DNA of 64,000 nt from an uncultured Parachlamydiaceae bacterium (GCA_963752155.1 CAVVXH010000015.1:96001-160000), one strand, 5' to 3'. Positions 21,290 to 31,500 are shown, counted from the first letter of the stretch. Program-made: numbers and translations. Notes: a model not told the origin generated them from the letters alone.

Positions 21290-22588
21290 ATGAAACGCAA
21301 TATCTATCAGTCCCTTCAAGAGTGGAAAGAATCTCCTCGCCGCAAACCTCTTATTTTAAATGGAGTCAGACAATGTGGCAAAACCTATTCTCTCAAGTAT
21401 TTTGGTCATACATTTTACAAAAATATCGCCTATCTAAATTTTGAAAGAGATGAAAAACTTAGTCAATATTTTGAAGAGACCCTAGACCCAAAGCGACTCA
21501 TAAAGATCCTCAGCATACACTTAGAAGTTGAGATTGAAGCCGAAAAGACACTACTCATTTTTGATGAAATACAGAACTGCTCAAAAGCCCTCAATAGTTT
21601 AAAGTATTTTTGCGAAGAAGCCAATGAATATCACATAGCAGCTGCAGGTTCTCTCCTGGGTGTAACAACAGTCCGAGAAGCAGGGTTTTCCTGTAGGGAA
21701 AGTGAACTTCCTTCACCTTTATCCCTTAACATTTTTCGAATTTCTCACAGCTATAGGACAAGATAAAACGCGCTTGTTCCTAGAGGAATATCATTCATAT
21801 GATCCCATTCCAAATCCACTGCATGAAAAATTAATCCATTTTCTAAAAATTTATCTTTTTATTGGTGGAATGCCAGAAGCGGTAGCTGAATATGCAAAGA
21901 CAGAAAATCTGAACGTCGTTAGAGAAATTCAACTGGAAATTCTTTCGGCATACGAAAAAGACTTTTCAAAGCATGCCCCTCCTACAGAAATTATGAAGAT
22001 CATGACAGTCTGGACACAAATTCATCGCCAATTAGCAAAAGAAAACAAAAAATTCATTTTTGCAGCAATACGAAAAAGCGCTAGAGGCCGAGATTATGAA
22101 GAAGCCATTCAATGGCTTTCAGATGCAGGACTTATTCACAAAAGCTATCTAGTTGAAACTCCTAAATTTCCTCTTAAGCAGCCTATGCCGACAATTCGAC
22201 TTTTAAAGTCTTTCTATGCGATGTAGGATTGCTAGGAGCCCAAAGCAATCTTTCTCCTCAAACAATTATTGATGGAGATCGATTTATTTGCTGAATTCAA
22301 AGGAGCTCTTACAGAAAATTATGTAGCCCAGGAATTAATCGCAACTCAAAATAAAAAGCCTTATTACTGGACTAGCCAAGGCACAGCTGAAATTGACTTT
22401 TTGATTGAAAGTGACCATGAAATTTATCCGTTAGAAGTGAAAGCTGGCGAAAGCAGAAAAAAAAGAGTCTTCTTGTTTACGAACAGAAATACTCTCCTTC
22501 AAAGCTTCTTAGATCCACAACTATGAATTTAAAACATGATGGAAATATCTATAATTATCCACTTTATTTGGTGTCTCAGTTAACATAG
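21290..22588 (+). CDS. AAA_14-type ATPase with DUF4143-like C-terminal domain, frameshifted in several places
   Basis: GVRQCGKT Walker A, IFDEIQ Walker B, IGGMPEAV, ENYVAQEL, EIDFL...PLEVK; reading frame ends ...YPLYLVSQLT-TAG. Confidence 0.85.
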
Positions 22589-23501
22589 CAATTCCCGCTA
22601 AACTTTCGTGTGCGTGTGCGTGCCCGAAAAATTTCGTAGATTTTACTAATTTTCGGGCACGGGCACCTTACTTTCCGCAGGTAAAAGTGATGCAAGATTT
22701 TATCCGAAAAACATTGTATAGAGTTAGGTCTACACTTTTTTTTTATTCCTTTTTCGGAACATTTTTCAAATTTGACCCCGAAATCACTCTTCTTCAATCA
22801 AAAAATACCGACCTTCCTTTTGAGCTTTTTTGAATTAATTCTTTCTCATTCTCGTAAAAAAGATTTTTGACTTTCTTATCAATCTCATTTAATTCTCTAA
22901 GTATCTTCCGATATCTTCGATAATTAAATGTTCAATGATGTCACCACCTTCTTCAATTATCGTTCTTATCGTCTTTATCGTTTTTATCGTTCTTATCGTT
23001 TTTATCATTTTTATCGTTTTTATCGTTTTTATCGTTGCATCGTTGATTACGTCTACATATCCAACTCACAGGGTATTTTGAGCTTATTTTACTGCAATTT
23101 CATTGATGTTCACAGCTTGATACGTTCTGTTGCTACTGTAGATCAACGGTATAAACGATAGGAACGATAAGAACGATAAGAAGGATAGGAACGATAATAA
23201 GGATAAGAATGATAATTGAGGAAGGTGGTGACATCATTGAACATTATGAACTATCTGATTTGCATTTGAGCATACTTAAAATGCTAGGAATTGAAAAGAA
23301 ACATTATTGGCAGACCTCCGCAGGATAATTTAATATGATCATCTATTTTGCCAATCAAAAACAACCAGCTTGGCTATCCTCGCCAAGGGGGATCGTTTTC
23401 CATGGCGGTTGACATCAGTAAGGCATCACAAAATTGCATCACTTCTACCCGCGGAAAGTAGGGGGCACGCACACGGGCACGAAAATTAGCGGGAATTACT
23501 G
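22586..23501. mobile_element. 916-bp non-autonomous element (family A) with ~70-bp imperfect TIRs and a 9-bp TSD
   Basis: CAGTTAACA at 22577..22585 and 23502..23510; ends TAGCAATTCCCGCTAA / TTAGCGGGAATTACTG. Confidence 0.85.
22927..23245. repeat. family B fold-back with ~35-bp outer inverted arms, nested inside the family A element
   Basis: AATGTTCAATGATGTCACCACCTTCTTCAATTATC ... GATAATTGAGGAAGGTGGTGACATCATTGAACATT plus 9-mer arrays. Confidence 0.9.
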
Positions 23502-23587
23502 CAGTTAACATCTTGCTATTGACCAAAAAATTTTATTTTGATAAGATAAACATGCACAATTTAAAATTTTTAATTCAAGGAGTTAAA

Positions 23588-25459
23588 ATGTTTGTAAACA
23601 ATGCTCAGAATAGCATTTCTACACAGGTACCATTTAATGCTAAACAACCATTTGCAAACCTACCACAAGCTCTACCTTCTGTCCTGATCAACTTAATCTT
23701 AGATAAACTTGATGATTCATCATTCGTCCGAATGACAAACTTAACTAAATATTTGATAAGTTATTCTAAATCCAATCTAGAGACCAAACAACGCAAAGAT
23801 CAAATAAAATTGGCTAATTTTATGTCACTTGCATTTGGTACTCCTGCGGACCCCATTAATTTGATCGTTGGCGAAATGGATATTTTATCATTAATTAGAA
23901 TGAGTAAATTAAGTAAATTATGGGCTATAAATCCAGAAATTATGAGAAAGAAGTTATTCCTAAAAATTGAATATACATTTAAAAAAATTCCCCACCATAT
24001 AGACAAAAATCTCGAAATTGCTAAAATACAATTTAAACTAGCTCAAATTGATCCACTTTATTTAGACGAAGCTAAAAAAGCTGCTAAAGATTTTGCATAT
24101 GACCCAAACAATGAAAAATCTCAATTATTATTTGAAATAATAAAGTTCGAAGCTAAAATAATCGAAACTAAAATTGAAAATATGAGCAAAGTCAAAGATA
24201 AAGATAATCTTGATGAATTGACTATAGAAATTATTAATTCTTTTGACGCACTTAAAGAAACCATAAAATCTATTAAATCTGAAGAACTAAAAGATCAAGC
24301 ATTGCTTGAAATCGTTAAGGTCGAATCTAAATGGGATGTTGAAATAGCTAAAGTTACCGCACTATCTATTAAGTCTGAAGAATTAAAATGTAAAGCATTG
24401 CTTGAAATCGCTAAATTTGATCCTATGCATGATTTTACGGAACTTAAAAAGATTGCCACAGCTTCTCATTCAAGCAATTTGATGTTAGATATTGTGAAAC
24501 TTGAAGTTCAATATGATATTGAAGAAGCTAAAAGGACCGCCGAATTAATTCAAGATAAAGTCTTAAAAATTGATGCCTATCTTGAAATTGCTAAAGTAAG
24601 TCTTGCAAACGAATATGAGGTTCTGCTGGCAAAAATTCTAGAGATGGGTAAATCTTTGGACATTCATCAACGAGGAAATATGCTCCTTAAAATAGTAAAA
24701 ATGGAGATTAGGTTCCCAAGATTTTTCCCTAAAAGAGCTGATCAGTTTGCCAGGATGATTAAAGATCCTTCTACTAAAGCCAAAGCGCTACTTGAAGTCT
24801 TAACTTGCTACCGTACACACGGTAATTATCTTGAAACTAGACGAATGGTGGCTGATATTATAGATCTCCCCCTATACGAAAATATTAAAAAAGATGATTT
24901 ATTATTATATGAAATTGCAATAAATGTAGGAAAGAGTGATCTTCTTGCTGCTGAAGATATAATAAAAAATGTTAGTGATCCATTTCTAAAAATTCAATTT
25001 AATTTTGAACTTAGTAATGAAAGGCTTGCTGATAATATTCACTTTTTTGACAATTTCAATTACGATATTTTAGAAGAAGAAAATATAGTAATCGAAAAAG
25101 AGGTGAGAGGTGTTGAAATTACCTGTCCGCCTAGAAAGAATGATCTTAAGTACAGACGTGCCTGTGCGATGTTTGAATTGGCTAAGAATAGCTCTAAACC
25201 AGACTTCACGGAAGTTAAAATTGCAAATAAATCTCAAACTGCTAATCGCTTAAAACAAATATCAACGGGTAACCCTAGATATCCTTATAGTTTTAAATCT
25301 GAACAAATAGAGTATCCGAACGATCACCTTACTCTAAATATTGTAAAAGAAGAAATTAAATATGACATGATGACAGCTATTCAAACCGCCGATTCTATTA
25401 GAGATCCAGGCCTAAAAGCTCTCGCTTATCTTGAAATAGCAAAAGCAGTGCGTGATTAA
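23588..25459 (+). CDS. F-box-like protein with helical repeats (effector candidate)
   Basis: Two F-box-like segments (LPSVLINLILDKLD.., PADPINLIVGEMDILSLIRMSKLSKLW) then repeats IKSEELK..ALLEI; AAGGAG RBS. Confidence 0.65.
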   Translation: MFVNNAQNSISTQVPFNAKQPFANLPQALPSVLINLILDKLDDSSFVRMTNLTKYLISYSKSNLETKQRKDQIKLANFMSLAFGTPADPINLIVGEMDILSLIRMSKLSKLWAINPEIMRKKLFLKIEYTFKKIPHHIDKNLEIAKIQFKLAQIDPLYLDEAKKAAKDFAYDPNNEKSQLLFEIIKFEAKIIETKIENMSKVKDKDNLDELTIEIINSFDALKETIKSIKSEELKDQALLEIVKVESKWDVEIAKVTALSIKSEELKCKALLEIAKFDPMHDFTELKKIATASHSSNLMLDIVKLEVQYDIEEAKRTAELIQDKVLKIDAYLEIAKVSLANEYEVLLAKILEMGKSLDIHQRGNMLLKIVKMEIRFPRFFPKRADQFARMIKDPSTKAKALLEVLTCYRTHGNYLETRRMVADIIDLPLYENIKKDDLLLYEIAINVGKSDLLAAEDIIKNVSDPFLKIQFNFELSNERLADNIHFFDNFNYDILEEENIVIEKEVRGVEITCPPRKNDLKYRRACAMFELAKNSSKPDFTEVKIANKSQTANRLKQISTGNPRYPYSFKSEQIEYPNDHLTLNIVKEEIKYDMMTAIQTADSIRDPGLKALAYLEIAKAVRD

Positions 25460-25471
25460 TGCAATCCCATG

Positions 25472-25504
25472 AACACGTTATTCCATGGAATAACGTGGAA
25501 ATGT
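25472..25504. repeat. perfect 24-bp palindrome with flanks matching 21188..21253
   Basis: AACACGTTATTCCATGGAATAACGTGGAAATGT. Confidence 0.9.
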
Positions 25505-25508
25505 AAAT

Positions 25509-25795
25509 TGTAGCTCATCACTCCGATGCTGAGTGTAGCCACGTAGCCTCCATATGGTCTAAACCACTGTGTGAAATCGTAATAACCAAAAAATTGCGCA
25601 AATTTCTTAGCCGTTACGATCTCACGCAGTGGTTTAGACCATATGGAGGCTACGTGACTACACTCAACATCGGAATGATGAGCTACAGTTTGCTCAAATT
25701 TCTTAGCTGTTACGATATCAGTCGATTTTGTAATCTTCCCTAGACATCCGGTATAAGATGCGCACACGACCACGAAAGTTTAGCGGGAATTGCTG
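25509..25795. repeat. family G long hairpin (25509..25687) plus a family A right end
   Basis: TGTAGCTCATCA...GTAGCCACGTAGCCTCC / GGAGGCTACGTGACTAC...TGATGAGCTACA; second copy 33694..33842. Confidence 0.9.
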
Positions 25796-25902
25796 ACCGC
25801 TTCTCATATGCCTTCCCTTTAAATTGATATTTTGGTATAATTACTAGTAAAAATCTATTGTTTGAAAACTAGATGTTTTGTAACTAACTCAGGAGGTGAC
25901 TG

Positions 25903-27033
25903 ATGAATAATGCTAAAGGTATCAACTGGGGGACAGCGATTTTCTTGATCACTTATCAAGTCATCTTACTGTTTTCTTTGCCTTTTTATTTTTACTACTG
26001 CACTCCCCATATAGGGACCCTCATTAGTGCCTTTGTTTTGCTATGGTTAACAGGCCTCAGTATCACTGCAGGCTATCACCGTTGTTTTGCTCATCGTAGC
26101 TACAAGGCCCACCCTGTTCTTGAAGCCATATTAGTTTTTTTCGGAACAATGGCCGTCCAAGCAAGCGTCTTACGCTGGTCTTACGAACATCGCCTTCATC
26201 ATGCTTTCGTCGATACAGATAAAGATCCCTATTCCATTAAGAAGGGCTTCTGGTATGCACACTTTTTGTGGATGCTAGAAAAGCTTCAGCCCATTGATCC
26301 TAAAGTTGTTCCTGACCTAATCAACAAAAAGATGATCAGCTTTCAACACCGCTATTATAAATTTTTAATGGTTGCCGTCAATGCATTAGTATTTTTTGCG
26401 GTGGGAGCGGCTTTCCAAGATTACTGGGGCGCATTTTTTATAGCTGTGTGGCTGCGCATTTTCTGCTTACAACATTTTACATGGTTCATTAATTCTCTTG
26501 CTCATACTTGGGGCAGCAAACAATTCAGCCTTGAACAATCTGCTGTCGATAACTATGTGATCGCCTTGTTGACATTTGGAGAAGGTTATCACAACTTCCA
26601 TCATACGTTTGCAAACGACTATCGCAATGGAATTCGTTGGTTTCATTTTGATCCAACGAAATGGCTCATCTGGACACTCTCAAAAGTCGGCCTTGCACAT
26701 GGCCTAAAAAAGACCGACTCTTTGACAATAAAAAAACGATTGATCATAGAGCATAAAGCTTATCTAATGGAAAATCTTTCTAGCTACTGGGAAGACACAA
26801 AACACGAACTTGAAAAACAGGTTATCGATCTCTCGGAACGGATTTTATCAAGTATCACTGAATTTGCTAAGCTCAGAGAACTGCAATCAAAGAAAGAAAC
26901 TTCTGAACCTAGTTCTATAGAACAAATTCAGGGGAATATTCGTGAACTGCAGATGAAATTAAAAGAAGACTGGAATCAGTGGAAAGCGTTGTCACATAGT
27001 ATTTTACGACCTGAAAATCGACCAATAGCTTAG
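25903..27033 (+). CDS. membrane acyl-CoA (delta-9-type) fatty acid desaturase
   Basis: His boxes GYHRCFAH, HRLHH, GEGYHNFHH; GGAGG RBS. Confidence 0.93.
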   Translation: MNNAKGINWGTAIFLITYQVILLFSLPFYFYYCTPHIGTLISAFVLLWLTGLSITAGYHRCFAHRSYKAHPVLEAILVFFGTMAVQASVLRWSYEHRLHHAFVDTDKDPYSIKKGFWYAHFLWMLEKLQPIDPKVVPDLINKKMISFQHRYYKFLMVAVNALVFFAVGAAFQDYWGAFFIAVWLRIFCLQHFTWFINSLAHTWGSKQFSLEQSAVDNYVIALLTFGEGYHNFHHTFANDYRNGIRWFHFDPTKWLIWTLSKVGLAHGLKKTDSLTIKKRLIIEHKAYLMENLSSYWEDTKHELEKQVIDLSERILSSITEFAKLRELQSKKETSEPSSIEQIQGNIRELQMKLKEDWNQWKALSHSILRPENRPIA

Positions 27034-27122
27034 GGACTGGGCAAGGACGGGATGTCCTTGCCGCCCTAAAAACCCTCCTTCACCCCTCTCAGCGCCATCT
27101 TTTTATTTTTCTTATTTTTCTG

Positions 27123-27152
27123 TTGACTCAATATTTACAAGAATTGTATAAA
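27123..27152 (+). promoter_or_regulatory. promoter of tRNA-Cys
   Basis: TTGACT-18 bp-TATAAA, 10 nt upstream of the tRNA. Confidence 0.55.
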
Positions 27153-27162
27153 TAGCTTTTAC

Positions 27163-27234
27163 GGTGGCATGGCCAAGTGGTAAGGCAGAAGCCTGCAAAG
27201 CTTCCATTCCCCAGTTCGAATCTGGGTGCCACCT
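27163..27234 (+). tRNA. tRNA-Cys(GCA)
   Basis: GGTGGCA/TGCCACC acceptor stem, GAAGC-CTGCAAA-GCTTC anticodon arm, GTTCGAATC T-loop; no encoded CCA. Confidence 0.97.
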
Positions 27235-27274
27235 TACTTTCAATCAGTACAAGCAAACAAGCTAACCAATCCTG

Positions 27275-28102
27275 ATGCTCTATTTAGTAGCAACCCCTAT
27301 AGGAAATCTTTCGGACATCACCTTCAGAGCCGTCGAAACCCTCTCCATGTGCGACTATATCCTCTGTGAAGACACTCGATACAGCCTACGTCTATTACAA
27401 CACTATAAAATCCATAAACCTTGTCGCAGCTTTCATAAATTCAATGAAATCCAAAAAGAAAACAGTCTAATCGACGACCTAAAATCCGGAAAATCGATAG
27501 CTCTCATTTCTGACGCCGGAACTCCAGGCATCTCCGATCCTGGTGAACATTTAGTCAAACGATGCATCGAAGAAAACATCCCTGTAACAACCATCCCCGG
27601 ACCTTGTGCTGCTATTGCAGCGCTCTCTTGCTCAGGATTCACGACGCAAAAATTCCAATTTTATGGATTTTTACCCCGCACCGACAAGGCTTTAAAGAAT
27701 ACTCTCCTTGAACTCCTCGATTATAATGGTACATCTATCTGTTATGAGTCCCCTAAACGTCTTTCACATACACTACATGCAATAGAAAGCCTGGCTCCAA
27801 CAAGACAACTTGCCATTGCCCGCGAACTTACAAAAATACATGAAGAAATCATACGCGGAACCGCAACGAGTTTACTTCAAAGATATGAATCCGGAGTCAA
27901 AGGTGAAATCGTATTGCTGATTGAACCTAATCCTAATAGCGGAGAGACAAGCTGGCAGTCTCTATCTCCTGAAGAACACGTCAAAGAAGTCGAAAAAACC
28001 TATCATCTTTCACAACGTGATGCGATTAAAATGGTAGCTACGCTACGTGGTGAAAGCAAACGTAGCATCTACAACAAAATGGTTTTACAAAATACCCCTT
28101 AA
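27275..28102 (+). CDS. rsmI: 16S rRNA (cytidine1402-2'-O)-methyltransferase
   Basis: LYLVATPIGNLSDIT, SDAGTPGISDPG, ARELTKIHEE. Confidence 0.97.
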   Translation: MLYLVATPIGNLSDITFRAVETLSMCDYILCEDTRYSLRLLQHYKIHKPCRSFHKFNEIQKENSLIDDLKSGKSIALISDAGTPGISDPGEHLVKRCIEENIPVTTIPGPCAAIAALSCSGFTTQKFQFYGFLPRTDKALKNTLLELLDYNGTSICYESPKRLSHTLHAIESLAPTRQLAIARELTKIHEEIIRGTATSLLQRYESGVKGEIVLLIEPNPNSGETSWQSLSPEEHVKEVEKTYHLSQRDAIKMVATLRGESKRSIYNKMVLQNTP

Positions 28103-28152
28103 AACGTTATTCTCTCTTTTTTGCATAGCATACCCCAACAAGGAGCTCCACC

Positions 28153-29430
28153 ATGAATATTCACCAATGGATATCATTTACTACCACAGCACTTTTGTCA
28201 ATCCTTTGCATCTCTCAAAGCTCAGCTAGCACTTTCTCCCCCGGAGCCAAAGCTGCTGGAATGGGATCTACAGGTGTAGCCTATTCACAAGATTCCCTAG
28301 CCGGAGCCTATAATCCTGCAGGGATCGTCGATGTCGAAGATCGCATAGATTTTGGCTTTGGCTGGACAAGAGAAAGAGGAAATATAGAAATAAAGCCTCC
28401 TATAAAAAATAATACCGAAGACTCAGGCGATAGCTTTGAAAGCCCCGTTAACTTCTTTAATGGAGAATTCGGAATTAATAAAGTTTTTTCTACCTGTTTT
28501 TGTAATAACTACTGGGATTGGGCCATTGGGTTAGTTGGATATAACCAAGATTATCTAAAAACGTCCTATAAAAAGCCTATTTCCTTTCTTGGAACAACAA
28601 AAGCTGGTCTAGAATACATCCATGAAATCATTTCACCCGTTATTAGCTTACGTTTAAACCAATGCCACGCGATTGGAATATCCTTAGATGTTCATTTTCA
28701 AAGAATACGGGTAAATGGATTACAGGAATTAGCCAAAGATAACCTAAGTATTTTCCCTCAAGATGTGACAAATAAAGGCTACTGCTATTCTTCAGACATC
28801 GGAGTTTCTATTGGCTGGAAATGGGAAGTCATGGAAGCCTTAACAGTTGGTGCTACCTACCACAGCAAAACAAGCACACGTAAATTCAATAAATATAAAG
28901 GACTCTTTGCTGAAGAAGGTCAAATCCACATACCTGAACGTTATGCCCTCGGATTGGCTTATCAATATCTACCGAATTCCACATTCACTTTTGATGTAGA
29001 ATGGATCCAATGGCAGGAGATTAAGTCATTGCATAACTCCATTGAAAACCTCAAAAAAAAGCAAAAATTCGGCAGCAACGAAGGCCCAGGATTTGGTTTC
29101 CGCAATCAAATTTATTTTGGTCTTGGCCTTGATTATGGGATCAATGAAAACTGGACAATCAGAATGGGTTATAGACAGACCAATACATTTCTCAAGAATA
29201 CACAGACCACTTTAAACATCCTTACCTGCAACACTGTCGAAAGCTACCTCACGTTAGGAGCCACCTTTACGTGGAGATCTAATGAATTCACAGCATTCTT
29301 TGCCCACGGTTTTGAACATACCGTCAATGGTAAAAAAGAGATTCCAGAAATTCTTGACAAAGACAAAAATAAAGTAAATCTTACGGAGAGCAACAATACT
29401 CTAGGGATCTCATGGGGTTATCTATTCTAG
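28153..29430 (+). CDS. OmpP1/FadL-family outer membrane transporter
   Basis: Signal peptide, GAKAAGMG..GVA....YNPAG hatch motif, C-terminal aromatic YLF. Confidence 0.8.
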   Translation: MNIHQWISFTTTALLSILCISQSSASTFSPGAKAAGMGSTGVAYSQDSLAGAYNPAGIVDVEDRIDFGFGWTRERGNIEIKPPIKNNTEDSGDSFESPVNFFNGEFGINKVFSTCFCNNYWDWAIGLVGYNQDYLKTSYKKPISFLGTTKAGLEYIHEIISPVISLRLNQCHAIGISLDVHFQRIRVNGLQELAKDNLSIFPQDVTNKGYCYSSDIGVSIGWKWEVMEALTVGATYHSKTSTRKFNKYKGLFAEEGQIHIPERYALGLAYQYLPNSTFTFDVEWIQWQEIKSLHNSIENLKKKQKFGSNEGPGFGFRNQIYFGLGLDYGINENWTIRMGYRQTNTFLKNTQTTLNILTCNTVESYLTLGATFTWRSNEFTAFFAHGFEHTVNGKKEIPEILDKDKNKVNLTESNNTLGISWGYLF

Positions 29431-29435
29431 CCGGT

Positions 29436-29667
29436 AGGTGCTGCGCTTTAAATAACAAAATCGACTGATGCTGAATACTAAGAAAAATTAAACTCAAAGG
29501 GACGAAGGCACAAAGAGCACCAAGAGATCTTACGCGAAGAATCTTCAGTTTAAAGAGAAAATAGTAAATTTTATACTTTACATGTAAGATATCTTTGTGC
29601 TCTTTGTGCCTTCGTGCCTTTGTGTTTAATTTTTTCCTATACTTTATATCCTAATATCGCAGCATCT
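29436..29667. repeat. family D fold-back (AAAAATTAAACRCAAAGGCACGAAGGCACAAAGAG arms)
   Basis: Inverted arms and conserved core; similar to 42825..43038 and 47742..47913. Confidence 0.92.
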
Positions 29668-29720
29668 GGCCTCGTTACCTACCATTGCCCACTCTTTAAG
29701 ACTCTAAAAATACCAAAACT

Positions 29721-29902
29721 TAATTTTGTGGTATGAAAACCCACACGAAAATTCATACCACAAAATAAAGAAAAGCTAATTTTGTGGTATGAAAATATAA
29801 AGGAAATATCATACCATAAAAAGAAGAAAAGCTAATTTTGTGGTATGAAAACTCACACGAAAATTCATACCACAAAATAAAGAAAAGCTAATTTTGTGGT
29901 AT
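29721..29902. repeat. 56-bp-period array of alternating-orientation 15-mers (ATTTTGTGGTATGAA)
   Basis: Units start at 29721, 29777, 29833, 29889; ends at the RBS of the ATPase gene. Confidence 0.93.
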
Positions 29903-29913
29903 AAGGAAAACTC

Positions 29914-31342
29914 ATGCATTTTGTTGGTAGAAAAAAAAGAATTAGAAATCCTCGAACGCCTTAAATTGAAAAATTCTTCAAGCCTTGTCGTAGTATGGGG
30001 GAGAAGGCGAATCGGGAAAAGTAGGCTTATTTCGGAATACCTGAAAAAGAAAAAAAGTTGGAATTTTTCTGGCCTTCCTCCGTCGCCTCATGTAACCCAT
30101 CAAGAACAAATTAATGTCTTTATAAGTCAAATGGCCCGAAATATCGGCATGCCTGAACTTAAAACATCAGATTGGAGCGAAGTTTTTTGGCATCTAGGTA
30201 ATCAAGCTGAAAAAGAACCAGAACTCATCATTTTCTTTGATGAAATTTCATGGATGGGTTCAAAAGATTCAAATTTTTTGGGATATTTAAAAACAGAATG
30301 GGATAGAAGCTTCTCTAAACATCCAAAATTAATTTTAATTCTATGTGGTTCTGTTTCAAGTTGGATAGAAAAGAATATTCTTAGCAGCACTGGATTTCTA
30401 GGAAGAATCTCTATAAAATTAGAAGTAAAGGAATTACTATTGTCTGAATGTAATGAATTTTGGTCATTACAAAGTAAACGTATAAGTAGTTATGAAAAAT
30501 TAAAAGTTTTAAGTATAACAGGAGGAGTCCCCAAATATTTAGAAGAAATTGTGCCAGGTGAGTCAGCAGAAAAAAATATAAGCAATTTATGTTTTACACC
30601 CCAGGGACTCCTCTACAGAGAATATGATCAAATATTTTCGGATCTATTTTCTAGAAGAACTCCCACATTTGACAAAATAATTAAAACACTCGCTGATGGA
30701 CCAAAAAGTTTAACAGATATATCCAGTGAATTGACAATAGATAAAAGTAATTTAACTGATTATTTACATGAACTCGTTACAGCTGGATTTGTATCTGAAG
30801 ATTTCACTTGGAATATTAAAAATAAAAAAGAGTCAAATCTCAAAAAATTCCGTTTAAAAGATAATTACACTCGATTTTATTTAAATTTTATTTTACCTAA
30901 CAAAGGTAAAATACAGCTTGGAGTATTTTATAATAATTCTTTATCAAATCTTTCAGGTTGGGAAGTCATATTAGGGCTCCAATTTGAAAATCTAGTAGTC
31001 AATAATGTTGTTAAGTTGTGTCAGATCATAGGGATTGATATTCAACAAGTTGAACAAGCTGGGCCCTTTTTTCAAAAAAAGACAGAAGCAAGACCTGGAT
31101 GCCAAATTGATCTACTTGTACAAACAAAATTTGCAACACTTTATCTATGTGAAGTGAAATTTTGCATGGGAGAAGTCAATAAATCCGTGGTCCATGATGT
31201 AAAAATTAAATTAGATCGATTAAGTATTCCAAAAGGCTATTCCGTGCGCCCGATTTTAATTCATGTGAACGGAGTGACACAAGGAGTAGTTGAAAGCGGT
31301 ATTTTCGATAAGATAATAGATTTTAACGAGTTTTTGCAATAG
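29914..31342 (+). CDS. P-loop ATPase (archaeal-ATPase type) with probable winged helix and PD-(D/E)XK-like C-terminus; one extra A in an A8 run after codon 6
   Basis: AAGGA + ATG gives MHFVGRKK, which continues as ELEILERL if A8 (29931..29938) is A7; WGRRRIGKS, FFDEISW, TGGVPKYLE, IDLLV...LCEVK. Confidence 0.85.
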
Positions 31343-31423
31343 CTCAAGCGTGTGACTAAGGAATCATTCATCTATTTAATCTTTCTTTTTTTATGACAAC
31401 CTGCTATAATGATTTTAGAAACG

Positions 31424-31500
31424 TTTGTGCAAGTTATTATTGCACAGTCCCTTAGGGATTGTGCAATAATAACTTGTATGATTGGGCTGCGCCAAAGCCC
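31424..31500. repeat. two abutting family F half-elements sharing one TTA
   Basis: ...CAGTCCC-TTA-GGGATTGTGCAATAATAACTTG... Confidence 0.8.

Noticed and set aside
29721..29902. CRISPR array
   Set aside because: Variable segments are only ~13 bp, two of three are almost identical, and there are no cas genes in the window
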